Positions 1 to 13,900 of a DNA stretch of 64,000 bases are shown here, piece by piece (the first letter of the stretch is position 1; every line of letters begins with the position of its first letter). Source of the stretch: Haliotis cracherodii (taxonomy: Eukaryota); contig NW_027266269.1 in the NCBI RefSeq assembly GCF_022045235.1, forward strand, positions 8,308,001-8,372,000, read 5' to 3'. Made by a program: the position numbers and the translations under genes. Below the pieces are notes generated by a model. The model saw only the letters and a list, made by a program, of their open reading frames with translations, was not told the DNA's origin and did no database searches.

Positions 1-4
1 CTCT

Positions 5-58
5 CACACACACACACAACCTCTCACACACACACACACACTCACAAACTCACACACA
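5..58. repeat. (CA)n-rich microsatellite
   Basis: Interrupted CA runs, directly visible. Confidence 0.9.
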
Positions 59-703
59 TGTCTTCTACTAATGTCTTCTATAAACATTAATGTACTGAAG
101 CCTTTGACAGTATATATAATTATATATTCCGTGCAATGAAGTTTGGAAAATATAAGATGAGTGACCTGAACAATTAGAAATCAATACGAGCACCCACTCT
201 CCACAAACTTGTATACTATAGGCCTATGACAGCATTTCTGCAATAAAGATTGATTGATTGACGCACACACACACACATACACGTAATATAATCTTGAACG
301 AGACGCCAAACCCCACTTCACCCCACCTCAGTTCAAAGATCACCATAAGCTGGTTACTGACTGACTTTGGGTCAGTGTAGCAAGTATGAAAATGCTCAAT
401 ATTACTATTACTATGAGATATCTGAGCCGAGTCAGTGTTTGGGGAGTGTACCTACATATTGACGCCCGATGCACATTGTGATATTGTACGTACCGACTAC
501 AGCGTGAATCTTTGAACTCAACTCAATTCACGAAATGGTTTTGATTCATAATGCCAGTCTATCTATGTTTGTAGATATGTCTGGGAGAAAGAAAGTTTCA
601 GTGACATTGAGGGTGACTGGTTTCTTTCATATTGACGCCAGATGCACACTATGATTTTGTAAATACCGACTACCCACGCGTGAATCTTTGAAATCAAATT
701 TCA

Positions 704-860
704 GTGAGTGAGTTTGGTTTTACGCTGGTGTTAGCAATATTCCAGCAATATCACGGCGGTGGACACCAGAAATGGGCTTCACACATTGTCCAGGTCGGGA
801 ATGGAAACCGGGTCTTCGGCGTGACGAGCGAACTCTATAACCACTAGGCTGCCCGACCGT
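704..860 (-). mobile_element. tRNA-derived SINE (tRNA-Asp-like head), (ACTC)n tail; related copies at ~41688-41860 and ~62930-63070
   Basis: Reverse complement reads gcctagtggtta...cgctcgtcacgccgaagacccgg...; the 3' tail gatattgctggaatattgcta...aaactcactcac is shared with other repeats. Confidence 0.75.
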
Positions 861-915
861 CTCTGACTCAATTCTGGTTTTGATTCATAACGTCAGTCTA
901 TCTATGTTTGTAGAT

Positions 916-951
916 ATGTCTGGGAGAAAGAAAGTATCACGGACATTGAGG
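916..951 (+). CDS. TRP gene candidate first coding exon (MSGRKKVSRTLR)
   Basis: tttgtag acceptor 2 nt before the ATG; phase-0 donor gtgact at 952 matches the phase-0 acceptor at 1036. A near-identical copy lies at 577-612. Confidence 0.5.
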
Positions 952-3900
952 GTGACTGTTTTTTTTCATAACGAAATTTCCAATCGGTGCGCTGGGCACC
1001 CCCTGCCATGACATAAGTGCATGTTTGTGACACAGGTTAACGATAAAGAAGCTGGACAGAGCCTCGTCGACTTACCCACAATGCACAGCAACTGGAAACA
1101 CAGTGGGACCACCAGAAGCATTCTTCGCCGTAAACAGTCAAAACGTGCTGACATAGCACTCTTGGACATCAGCGGTCGAGGCAGGTTTAATGTTTATTGA
1201 TTACAACCTACGAACCCATGAGCGGTCACTCGGTATGAATCCAGACTAATAACCTGCAGTAGGAATTCATGAAAACAGTTACACACGTATTCGTATGGTA
1301 TACAAGCTATTTATGTCTACACGAGAATGCTTTTAGATATATTTTGTTTTGCTGGCTTTTAATCATTTCTGAGACAGCCAGTGGAAATCTGTATTGGAAA
1401 TATCCTTCAAAACGTTTCTGCTACACAGTAATTATAAACTATGTATTGTACTTTGACATAGAAAATCCCTTTGCAGAATATCTGATTCCATTGTACTTTT
1501 AATTGTATTTTAATGAGCAGCACATAATACTTTTTGGTTTTATGAGAGTGATATTTGTATATCCTTGAACTTGAACTCCCTTAACATGTGACTAAACCTT
1601 TCTCCTAAACCATACAGCGTAGCGACTGAAAGTCAACACAATGTTTGGTATGGTGACTGAACACATTATGCAACGCTATGTAGGGTGTATTGTATGAATG
1701 TATATATGTATGAATGGTCAACTCAATGCTATATAGTGTCATGGCTGAATAGTTAGCTTACTGGGTCGCTGTGTCATATGCGCTACTTTACAAAATGTAA
1801 CTGTACATATCACAAACCAAAGGCGACTTGATACGCCCAATACATGTTATTACCTTCACAATGTGCTGACCTGTTTCCCACCTCCTGCAGGCGAGATGTC
1901 CCCCGCCGTGATATTGCTGGAATATAATTAAAAGAGGCGTAAAACCATATTCACTCACTCACTCAATAGACGAGATTTTTCATTGTAAAGGATATACATG
2001 CTGATATTTCCCATATGTTTGACACCTATAGACGAGTATATTCATTGTAAATGATATACATGCTGATATTAGCCATATGTTTGACACCTCCTGTAGACGA
2101 GTATATTCATTGTAAATGATATACATGCTGATATTAGCCATATGTTTGACACCTCCTGTAGACGAGTATATTCATTAACAAGGATACATATGCTGATATT
2201 ACTCATATGTTTGACACATCCTGTAGACGAGTATATTCATTGCAAATGATATACATGCTGATATTAGCCATATGTTTGACACCTCCTGTAGACGAGTATA
2301 TTCATTAACAAGGATACATATGCTGATATTACTCATATGTTTGACACATCCTGTAGACGAGTATATTCATTGCAAAGGATACACATGCTGATATTACCCA
2401 TATGATTGACACCATCTCCAGGTAGGACTGTGTCCTTGGAATCGTGCCGCATCAGTCAGTTGTCTGTTGGCATCACCGATGAAGACTTCAAGGCGGAGGT
2501 AACGAACACACTTTCTAACATAACATTTTGTACATAAAGAAAGAGTTTGATATAAAGCCAATTCATTGAACTAACTGCAAACTCCAGGCGTGTTCAAACA
2601 TACTTGCCTGACGTTATCAGTTGGTCATTGATGTTTAATACCACAGATAGCTAAATCACTAAACTGCCTGTCACGTTTGGGGTATTGAACAGGCATAGCC
2701 AGTGACCGAAATTATGTTTAACAACTACCAGCTCTTACCGCATACGTGTGGATATATTCTTCACCAAACTCACACTGAGATATTGCAAACCGAATCACCG
2801 CAGGTTGAAATCATGATCAAGACTGTAATGATGTCTACTTCTTTATGATATAAACGAAAGATAAAGGTAGTGTCACAGTTTCGTAACCAAATCCATGTAG
2901 GAGAAATTGGAAACAAATTTGAATAGCAGCAGATGTCAAGTGCAGTAAAACTGGTGATACTTGGTATATACTTGTACATGTAGACTTCAGGTTCTTGATA
3001 TGAGGTTTAGGCTAACAAACTAAATATTATATCACACTATACAAGGAGTTGTGGGGTTTTCGAGATTAATGGGATCTGAAGAAGGACTTTGTACACACAA
3101 GGTGTGTCATTCATGAAGATGTTGATTGAGTGAGTGAGTTGGGTTTAACGCCTCTTTTAACAGTATTCCAGTTATATCATGGCGTGTCAGCTTAATGTGG
3201 GAAGAAAGCCCAAAGTGATGCAGGTCTTAGACGTTTACCACTTCGGTGAAACCCACGAGCACGGGTATGGTGCTGACAAACCCAGGAACTAAATCGGGGC
3301 GAAATGGGACTCGAACCCACAATCATAGGTTTCTGGCTTGCCCAAGGGACGCAACTCTGCAAAGCGAATTGTGGCGGCTTTCACGACTGGGCCACCCGTG
3401 CCCCCAGAAGCTGTTGAAACAACATGTTTTGCACAACAGCTTTACATTCATTTTCAAGTATTTGTATCGCTGAAAGTCCATGGTTTATGTGGCAAATGTA
3501 CTTAGAGCAACCTTTTATTACGTATAGTACATCGTTCCCTCTATATTAGGTTCTGCAGAAGAGACAGTCCAACTTTATCACAAAGCTCGATGCAGCGGCT
3601 GCCGTTTTGATTGAGCGACTCATCAAGAAGAAGGGGAAGGATGAGGCCTTGTTACAAGTTGTCTCCAAACGAGATGACGAGAAAGAGGTACTGGTGAAGT
3701 ATTGGAGTACATTCACATTATATTGTTTTATGTTACCTTCTATGAAGTGCACAATATCAACCTGCATTCCGGCCATTTATACCTTGAATCAGTATTGAGT
3801 GAGTGAGTGAGTTTGGATTAACGCCGCTTTTAACAGTATTCCAGTTTTATCGCAGTGTGTCAGCTTAATGGGATGCAGGTCTCAGACTTTTACCACTTCG

Positions 3901-4854
3901 GTGAAACCCACGACCACGTGTATAGTGCTGACAAACGCAGAAACTTAATTGAGGCGAACCGGGATTCGAACCCACAATCATAGGTTTCTGGCGTGCCCAA
4001 GGGAGGCAACATGGCACAGCGAATAGCGGCGCCTTAGACAACTTGGCCACCCGTGCCCCCTTGAATCAGTAAGGTGTATACCATCACAATTTACATTGTT
4101 TCATATTTTTCATATTACCTCCACAAACGAGTGGCTAACGGGATCCGGTGGTATCGCAATATGGATCGATTGGTTGGTTGGTTGTTTAACGCCACACTCA
4201 GCAATATTTCAGCTATATGACGGCGGTCTGTAAATAATAGAGTCTGGACCAGACAATCCAGTGATTAATATCATGACCATCGATCCACGCAATTGGGATC
4301 GATGACATGCATTAACCAATTCAGCGAGTCTGACCACCCGATCCCGTTAGTAGCCTCTTACAAGCATAGTCGCCTTTAACGGCAAGCATGGGATGCTGAA
4401 GTCCTATTTTACCCTGGATCTTCACGGGTCGTACATATTGTACCTGTGACATGTCATGTTTAAAAGGTGCTGAGATTGGTGAGCAGTTTGCTTCAGCGAG
4501 GGGCAACTTTGTCAGCCAAAGACAGCACTGGACAGACTGCCCTTCACGTTGCAGTCAGAAAACAGTTCAAGAGTGTGTGTAGAAAATTGACAGAGGGAGA
4601 CTGTTTGAGTTATGACAGAGACAACAACGGCAAGATGCCCTACCACCTCGCTATTGACCACAGGAACGACTACATCGCCGCTCTGCTACTCAACCACATG
4701 CCAAACGCCCTGTGAGCTGACTTCATGTATTGTGTACATTCGAGTGTCTGTGTTGAAATGACTGTGATATTGCACAAATTTATTTGCACTGTCATGGTGG
4801 TGATGTGTTTATGATGTATGATACGAGACAAGAATAATCAGCCACACACACACA

Positions 4855-4889
<35 letters not shown>

Positions 4890-4929
4890 CACACAGCACA
4901 CAGAGCACACACACACAGCACAGCACAGC

Positions 4930-4968
<39 letters not shown>

Positions 4969-7900
4969 TTGCAAGTCGGTGTATACGTGAAATAGTCTCC
5001 AACGCGACATTGAATCCCATTCCACCTCACCTCACCTATATCCATTATTTCTAGTGTCCGAGATCTCTACATCGCCTCGACAGCGGAAGACAAAGCAGAA
5101 TGCAACTTCATGACACCCCTGCAGAAGAACATGCCGGTAGGTCAATAGATCGCTTATATCAAATTGCAGTAACATCACCAGAAATAGGTCCATGGACATG
5201 GGCTTTACACATTGTAACCATGGGTGGAATCTAACGACACTGTTTTATGATATTGTGAAATGAATAGTGAATAATACATATGAAAATCTTTATATTACCA
5301 AAGAAATCCATCGATTATCTTCCATGTATTTGCATACACACAATGATGACTGGTAGCAAGGGATGTCTCCTTTCAGTGATTTCCAAAAACCTATTACAAT
5401 CTAAAATGTTAATTCGCTGGGGTATAAAAAAACCCTTTATGACACAGTAAGTGATTGTGTGCTTGTAAAAGTTGCTGACCACGCCCGATGGCTGATAGCA
5501 ATGTTGGCTTCGTCCCTTTACTGTTCTAAAGTGTCTCATTCTGATAGATACGTGCAAAGTTATTGCTTCTCTTCTGTGTACAGCAAACAGCTATAGGAGT
5601 TTTGGATTCCATGCTGGACCCTGTCGATGACTTTGGGAACATGGAAGTATTCTTTGATCTTCTCGAGTCTGATGAACAGGGCAGAAGTCCTCTACACCCG
5701 TCCTTTAATACAAAGAGTAAAACCTATCTTTACCACATTGCGCATCTCCAGCCAAAGGTGATCCAGACATCAGTCTTGTACTCTTCTTAATATAAAATAG
5801 CGTTTTTCTTATTTGGCTCTGCAGTTGCCTGTTCTCTAAAGTTGATATGAACTTCAAAGTAATTGAAGTCAGTCAGACAGATGCGCTGTTTTAGACTCGC
5901 CACCTATGATATGAGGCAGCTGTAAACATATTTAAGATGCTTGTGTTACTGCAGTATATCTTGTAACTATTTTGTCCAGGAGGTGGCGTTTCACAGTGTT
6001 GTTCGCCTCCTGACCAGGAAGAAGTGGAAGCGCTATGGCAGATACTGGTTCCTGTGAGTGCAGAAATGGAATATATAGCACATATGTTCACATTAATTAT
6101 ATCCTGTAGAAGGCTTTTCATCCATGGCCCAGAACAAAACTCTGACCAGCAGTGATCAGCAAAGTTCCACGACATCACAATCAGGGTGCAGGGAACTTTA
6201 ACCTTCCAGGAATACCCTACAAGCAACAATTAAATAATGTCCTTTCCAAGTTATTCTTGTTATTTGTGAATACCACATGAAAATGAAATTAATGTTACGC
6301 CCGTCTCTCCCTAGGATGAAATGCATGTTGTTTATTGCTACCCTGTTTGCAATAACATTTTCTGCAATCACTGGCGCCATGGCTTCTGACCCCCAGCATT
6401 ACAGCACAGCCCTGGACAAAGCCCGTGCCTTCTTTGAAGTTTTGAGCTGCTTGGCTGTTGTCGCCACTCTGGCTTTTGAGGCATACCAGATGTTAAAGTA
6501 AGTACATAGTATTCCTCAATTATCCCCACCACAAATATGGAGGGGGATATAGGATTCAGTGCTGTCCGTCCTTCTGTCTGTCACATTTTGTTCTGGCGCA
6601 CTTGCACTAAGCGATCTTAGCGCTTAGGCTTAAGATAATCTTAGCGCTAAGATCGCTTTCAGCAAGTGGCCCCTGGAGATCTGCTCAAAGGCAATTTCAT
6701 ATATCTTGATCGAAGTTAGCACAGCTCTCCACATGGCCATGAACTGGTGCCATGTGCTATTTAGAAAGTTCGGAAATTCGTATTTTGTTCTGGGTTTTCA
6801 TAACAAATAAATCAAATCAATGAACTATTGATGAAGAATTCGTATATCTATCAAATTATCAACTGATTACCATTATGTTTTTCTCTATAAATTCTAAAAC
6901 TCCTTTGAAACAAATGGCAAATCCCAGTGCATCCAGTGATAACCACTGCTCCCAGTGATGTTCTCTTATAAACATCATGAAACTTCACTCCATCTCCTGG
7001 TGGGTTAAATCTCATAATCGAGGATGCTACCACGTCCAAGCGATATTATATGCATAAGAGGGAAAAAGTCTTGTGCGCTATAAAAAATCACATCAAAATA
7101 AAATTGCGCTGGACTTTGAGAATCATGCATGATTATCACTTGATGACCCCGAAATTGCACGTGTATCCCAGGCATTGCATGCATATATCCTGTTAGAAAT
7201 TCGTGTTGTCCATATTTGTTGTTTGTATAGTTGACCAGTGAACATTTGCTAAAAAAGCTATTACATCAACCTATTGGATGTCACTTTATGCTGACTTTGC
7301 AGATACAGATGCGACTACTGGAAAGACAGGACCAACTATTTTGACCTCTTGGCATCCATCCTGCTGCTGCTCGTCATCCCTCTCAGGTTCGCCCATCAAC
7401 AGGAGCAGTGGCACGTCTTCTCTGTTGGCTATCTCCTGTGGACGCTCAGAATATTCGAATACGCAGTGGTCTTCAGGTTGTATAAGGCAGACACTATAAG
7501 CATTTTTATACTAGGATATACTGATATTTATACTTACACTATTATTGATAGTCTGGTTTTAGAAGTTGTGTGGGATCTCACACCTGTGAATCAGCCTTAT
7601 GTTTATGAAACGTGAGTGGGGCTTGAAACTGATTTCTTTCAGATGTATCATGTTGGAGAGATACATATTGACCATAATCTTTAATATAACAGAAAATATT
7701 AGACCTTGTAGACAAGTAGACCTGTGGATTCTGAAAAACTCAAAGGAATCTGAGAAAAGCTAAGCTTGGTAACTACATGTACTGAAACCTATATGTTCAG
7801 AGGTTCAGGAATATTTGTCAGAAATGTAAGTTTATGCCATTTCATTGAGTGAGTTTGTTAACATTTAACGTCAGATCGGCAATATTTCAGCCATACCTTG

Positions 7901-10900
7901 ACGAGCATGCCATCTGAAGTTTACTCAGAAACCCATATGTAAATGCTAGACTTGCTCACTGATGACAGCCCCCTGGGCACCCATTGTGTTCCCTTTGTAG
8001 CTGATCTGTTTCTTTATGCATATGAATCGGAAGTTCCATGGATTTACCCACATGAACGAGTAATAAAGAGACGAGTCTGTCCCATCTTTCTAACATTAGA
8101 TCTCTGTGTAAAGATTGAGAGATGACTTCAACTTTGCAATTGCCTGCTACCCCTTTATGTTGAGCAGTATTCCAGAAGCTCTATCCTTTCTTGTCTACAC
8201 TTCACAACTTTTGAGGTACTATCAAGAATGTGTTTTCTACCAATATTTGAAAGAGTGCTGTAAGACACTTGCTGCAAAGTTTTTGATCAGGGCTCAACAT
8301 TCAAGGCTGCAGGAACACTATTTCAAAGTTTAATGGTCGACATGTGGAGGACAGTTCAAATTTGACGCATCATTGAAATGAAATGGTGTCTGATGCAATT
8401 ACTGATTTTGAAAACCTGGTATCATAAATATTTTATAAGGAGTCATAAACACATGCTCATGAAATAGTCGGAATCGTACAATGTACTGTGTAATATGATT
8501 ATGGAAATGATTTTGTCTTGTTTAATTGCATGATGCTATTGTGGATCGTTTCAGATTAATTGATAAGTGATTAATGCAACATTTAGATAAGACAACTAGT
8601 CATTTTGTATCTTATGATACGTGTGGTGAAATTGACTAACGCACCACAATAAGTTGAAGTCTTTTGATTAGTGTTACAACATTCATGGCCACAGTAAAGC
8701 TTTCAAACGTTTTCATGGTGGACATGTCCAAATTTGCCGCATCCACGCCCAAAATGATATCCAATATAATTCCCCTTATTACATGTACCATACACTTTTT
8801 AAGGTGAACAATTGACTTACATTTACAAGTGCTTCTGATTGGGGGCACTGGTGGAGCAGGATGCACTTACCTTTTTCACAACACCTGGTATCTTATAGAT
8901 AATAATTCATAAAAATTTGCGTATGATATGGTTAGAATCGTATATTGGATTGTTTTTCAAGCAGAGATTTCTTATGATTAGAAACATAGTGTTTATTTTA
9001 TTTACATACAGCTGTGCCTGGAATGAATAATTGGGGTTCGAAGCTCACGCCTTTTTCAAAGGTTTATTTCCCAAGAACTATGACTAATAAACTTGTAAAA
9101 TCTGCGCTACTAAAGGTTTTCTCTCAAACTAAAATGATACATCTGAAATAATATTGGTATTAAAATGTTCACAATGGTTGCAGACACAGTGGAGCCCACG
9201 CTCAGATTCTGTGGCGCATCATCACGAGTGACTTCTTGCAGTTCTTACTCGTGTTTGTCATCATCCTCCTTGCCTTTAGCGGATCACTCGTCATGGCGCT
9301 CAGGGGAGATAACTCTCTCCAGGTGCATACTGAAACAAGGTACTAAGCATTTATATAAAGCTAAAATAAAGCTAAAAATAACTGCTGGAAAGAACTGTTT
9401 GAATGTGCAGGATACTGGATATGACAAGAGAAATGGTTATGTATGGTTCAATGAAGTGATTCGTAAGTGGTAAGGTGGTCAGTTCTTGAATTCTTTAGAG
9501 CTTGAGTGGCAGGGTGTTTAACAGCGAAGGCGCAGGTCTTGCAAAACAGCTATCCACACAACTAGATGTAGGAAAGAAGAGTAGGTGTTGACTGTATGAT
9601 CTTGATGACTGATTCCCTGTACATGAATCTTGTTCTGTATTCCACCAACAACATTGAGGCACTGACGATGCATTGCAGTTATCTGGGTGTGACCTAACAC
9701 AGGACTCCACCAAAGTCGCCCCTTCGTATTGGCTGATGTTCCTGATGTTGTGGTGTACTCTCTTCACACGTTTTTAATGTGGGATGCTGCATCTGGGGAA
9801 GGGTCGAGTACAACACCCACATTACGAGACTCCTTGGTGATTTCAGTGATGCAATTCCCGATCTTAAGCACCAGGAGTGTCAGTTTGCTTTTTGTGGACT
9901 TAATGGCCATAATGCAGATGAACTTGTTCCAGATAGATATTAGTTTAGCCAGGCATGTGCATCTTCTTTTACGCTAAATGTTTGCTTGCGGATGATGGGG
10001 AAGGTGGAAGGTGTCTAGTAACACCACGTTGGCAGCCTGATCAGAGTCAGCTGCATGGAAAACACTATTTTACACACGAACTAGCATTGGTGATGCGACC
10101 ATATCTTTAAGCAGCTTGCATCACTTTACCATATCAGTTTACTCATCCAGTTAATGTATCAGTGACTTGTTTGGTGGAAAAAGTCACACTAAAATACTGC
10201 ATTTCCTTCATTCTAGCGCAATGAGTATAGGATTTGACTCCAACCAGAAGAGTGTTTTTTGCATGTATTTACCATGTTTGTACCATGTGAAATATTTATT
10301 TACTTTCAATTCGCAAAATGAATGCAGGTGAAATCAAAGTATCAGTTTTAAAAACCTTACCAAAATATCACACTAACGTGACCAATTTTACACTTACATG
10401 ACTACCTGTGCACTAACATGACTAATTTGAGACTCACATGCCTATCCTAACATAAACACTCACGGCTGAGCAATGATGAAGGTAGGTGGCCAAAAATCGA
10501 TAAAGGCATGATAAACTTTATGTGATCAAGGTATAGGGGATGAATATAATTATTTACTTGTATGTGTTACGCATGATGCTATTATCACTGCTATCACTAT
10601 GCTTGTTTGTTTTTCATGCGTATGAACAAAGAAATTATTTGTTAAACAATTTTTCAAATGATGTATTTTGCCACTACAAAACTTGCAAATTGTTCAAGTC
10701 TTTGAAAGGCGTTCAGAAGTGATACTCATAAGGAAGAGAATTTATTGATGTCAACTTCTTTATTATGAGGAACACAGGCGCTGTGAAATATTTATTAGCT
10801 TTTTATGAAGAAGTTGACATCCATAAATTCTCTCCGTTTTGTTAATTGTTATTGGTATATGGACCTATGATCTTCATACTTAATAAAGTATTGATTGATT

Positions 10901-13900
10901 GATTGATTGATTAATTGAACCTTACGTTAGCACTCACTGACTTAATATCCGTTGACCCTTTCTTGTGAAGTACTTTCTGGGACATTCTGTTCACGGGTTT
11001 ACGGATACTTGTGGAGGGATCGCCCGTGGTGACCTACACAGGATCCCGTGGATATGGGTATGTATGATGAGGACGGCCAGAATACAGCTGTATTGATCAC
11101 TGTAAACCTTAATATGGGGGTTTGAAACGGAGCTTTCAAGAGCTTGATTTTAAAGTGACCAACGCTGACTTTTTTTTTTAATCCTGTAAGGAACCTACTT
11201 TATTATAGACTCAATCTATGATTGATTCTTAAGAAAGAGAGTTTTACATTTAAGACAACCCAATCTCACCTGTAAGTAGATTCTCAAAACGCAGATGGAA
11301 AAGGTTTAAGTTACTGTCTGGACGTGCTTGCTCAATCAGGTATGTCAACACAATTAGCTATTTACGGTCAAACATATTCACTCGTTGTCGGAAAGAAGCT
11401 TGAAATGTCAGGTGCTTCTCGTCACATTTCTCATAACTTGACGCAAAACGGGCATTGTTGATATCTCCTGCCTCGTAAGTTGACAAACATTTAGAAGAAC
11501 CTTCTGTTACTGTTGTGCGACGTGGTGAGGTGAGGTGAAATGGGATTTAACGTCGCGTCCAAGATTATTACACTTATACAGCGACGTGCACTACGTGTGT
11601 GTGTTTGTGTGGCTGCTTGTACTAGTCCGGACTGATGCCGATTTATAGTGCTATCTCACTGAGATACCATGCGGCAGTTTAACATGAATGCCATACTCAG
11701 ACACAGCGTACTGACTCCGAGCCGACAAGTCCTTGTTTTAGCACCTTAACAGGGTAACAACAAGTACCGTCTTTAAACGTCTTTTGGTATGACGCGGTCG
11801 GGGATCGAACCCTGGGACCTTCCGCTCTCTGGGCGGACGCTCTACCACTAGACCACGGAGGCGGTCGTAGTGCGACGTCATTCGAGGTTTATAATTTGGC
11901 ATATATCCTGTGTTCCTACCTTGACAGGACTCTCAGTTGCATCCTGATGCTCATCTTCCTCTTCACCTGCATCGTCGTTCTCCTCAACATCCTTATCGCC
12001 CAGCTCAGTCACACCTACCAGAACGTGCAGCAAGATGCCCAACGTGCTGTCGAGCTAAACAGGGCATGGATAATAACCAGGGGTGACTTCGAGCTGAATG
12101 GGTTTCCCTTTATTAAAAGGGTATGATTCAGAGGAAGTATCATTTAGAGAAACGACAAACAAAAAGAAAATTCTTTATAAACATCATATACTGTATTTAA
12201 CATTAATAAAGTTATTTATGTATACCAATGCAATATTTAGCCATATTAAACCAATAACAGTATGTCGATGCCCTGTCTCATTTTCGAATAAGCTCCATTG
12301 CATGTAAGGTATCAAGAAAAATATGTTGAGCCTCCTAAGCCAAGCGTGTATGTCCCAAAATTGATATAATTTGTATGTTAATCCGTCTTGTGACTCATCT
12401 GTAGATTAGCATGCATACTTCACAGGAAGTCGAGAATATGATTCCATCATATTCATGTCAATACATCACCGACTAGTGATGCCTCCTGCACTTCTTTGTG
12501 GTCTCTTTTAGCTATACTTATTCAGGGTCTTCCTGAGTGTGTTTGTGAAGTGATTTTCGACCTGCCAGGTTTCCCCCTTATATTGAGCTACCCACTTAGG
12601 GTGATATAACTGAAATATTGTGAAAAGTAGCTGCCACCAAAGTCCAGCCATCGACTTTGGTTGTGATTCACATTAAGAACACAATCAACATAGTGTGAAG
12701 ACAATCACCAACGTTAACTGTACTTTCAGTTTTTCAGCACTGCTGAGAAGCAGGGCGAGGATAACGTTATCAATGTAGAGGAGGTCCTGGAGGCTTGGGA
12801 ATGTCCCACCTCCAGCGAACAAACAACAGATATCAGACACATCAGGGAAGCCCTTGACGCATGCCAACTCCACCACAACACCGTGAACACCAAGCTGGCC
12901 CAGCTAGAACACATCCTCAGAACAAATCAGTGAGTATGCTTCATGCCCTCACAATCCTTCCATCCAGAGTGAGTGTGTGAGTAGCTGGTAGGGTGGTCGC
13001 TCGGTCGGTTTGGGTGAGTGGATCAGTGGATGAGTAAGTGAGGGACACTCGTCACCATTTGCAAACTGTGTTAAGCCCTTGTTTGGTTTCAATCACAGTA
13101 GTATTGTCAGATCAGAGAGAAAATCATAATACACATTATCCGAATTATGTACACTAAGACACGTGGCTGTATTGGGTGCTTTATACTTCACGGAATCACC
13201 TCCACTGTTACCACTGTAATGATGCCCAACTCTTCCAGTAAATCCAGCCATGTATCTTATACTTCCAGGATGGTATTTACAATGAGTACATTAAAAGCTC
13301 TATACATGTTATGATGCCGGTTTACGTAAGGCTTTTTAACCTCGTTTTTGACACTGGAGTTTTACCTGAAGCTTGGCTTGTTGGCAAAATAAAACCAATC
13401 TACAAAAACAAAGGAAACCAAGCAGACCCAGACAATTACAGAGGTATTTCTATCCTAACCTGATTAGGTAAATTGTTTACTACACTATTGAATAATCGTT
13501 TACAAGCTTACTCAGTTCAGACTAATCTAATAAGCAAAGCGCAAGCAGGATTTAGAAAAACATACTCAACAATTGACAATATGTTTATTCTTAAAGCTCT
13601 CATTGATATCTATAGAAAATGTTTTAATGTCATATATAATATGTATCAAATATCAAATCTTGTGTTTCTCATAATAACAAGGTGTCAGGTTTCTTCCCAT
13701 GTCAAATTGGTGTAAGACAAGGTGAAAATTTGTCACCTTTCCTGTTTGCTTTTTACCTTAATGACCTTGAACAATTTTTATATGAAAATGACTTTGAAGG
13801 ACTGCATAATGTAAATAACCTTTTAATAGATTATCTTGAACTGTACATAAAAAAATGCTCATTTTGTATGCCGATGATACTGTTTTAATGGCCGAAAGCC

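Larger units (their letters stand above)
455..960 (+). repeat. ~170-bp tandem duplication containing the candidate first TRP exon; second copy interrupted by a SINE
   Basis: catattgacgcc...gcgtgaatctttgaa...ggttttgattcata...tttgtagatatgtctgggagaaagaaagt...gagggtgact occurs twice. Confidence 0.85.

Noticed and set aside
4792-5054. VCVC/HTHT ORFs
   Set aside because: Translations of a CA microsatellite.
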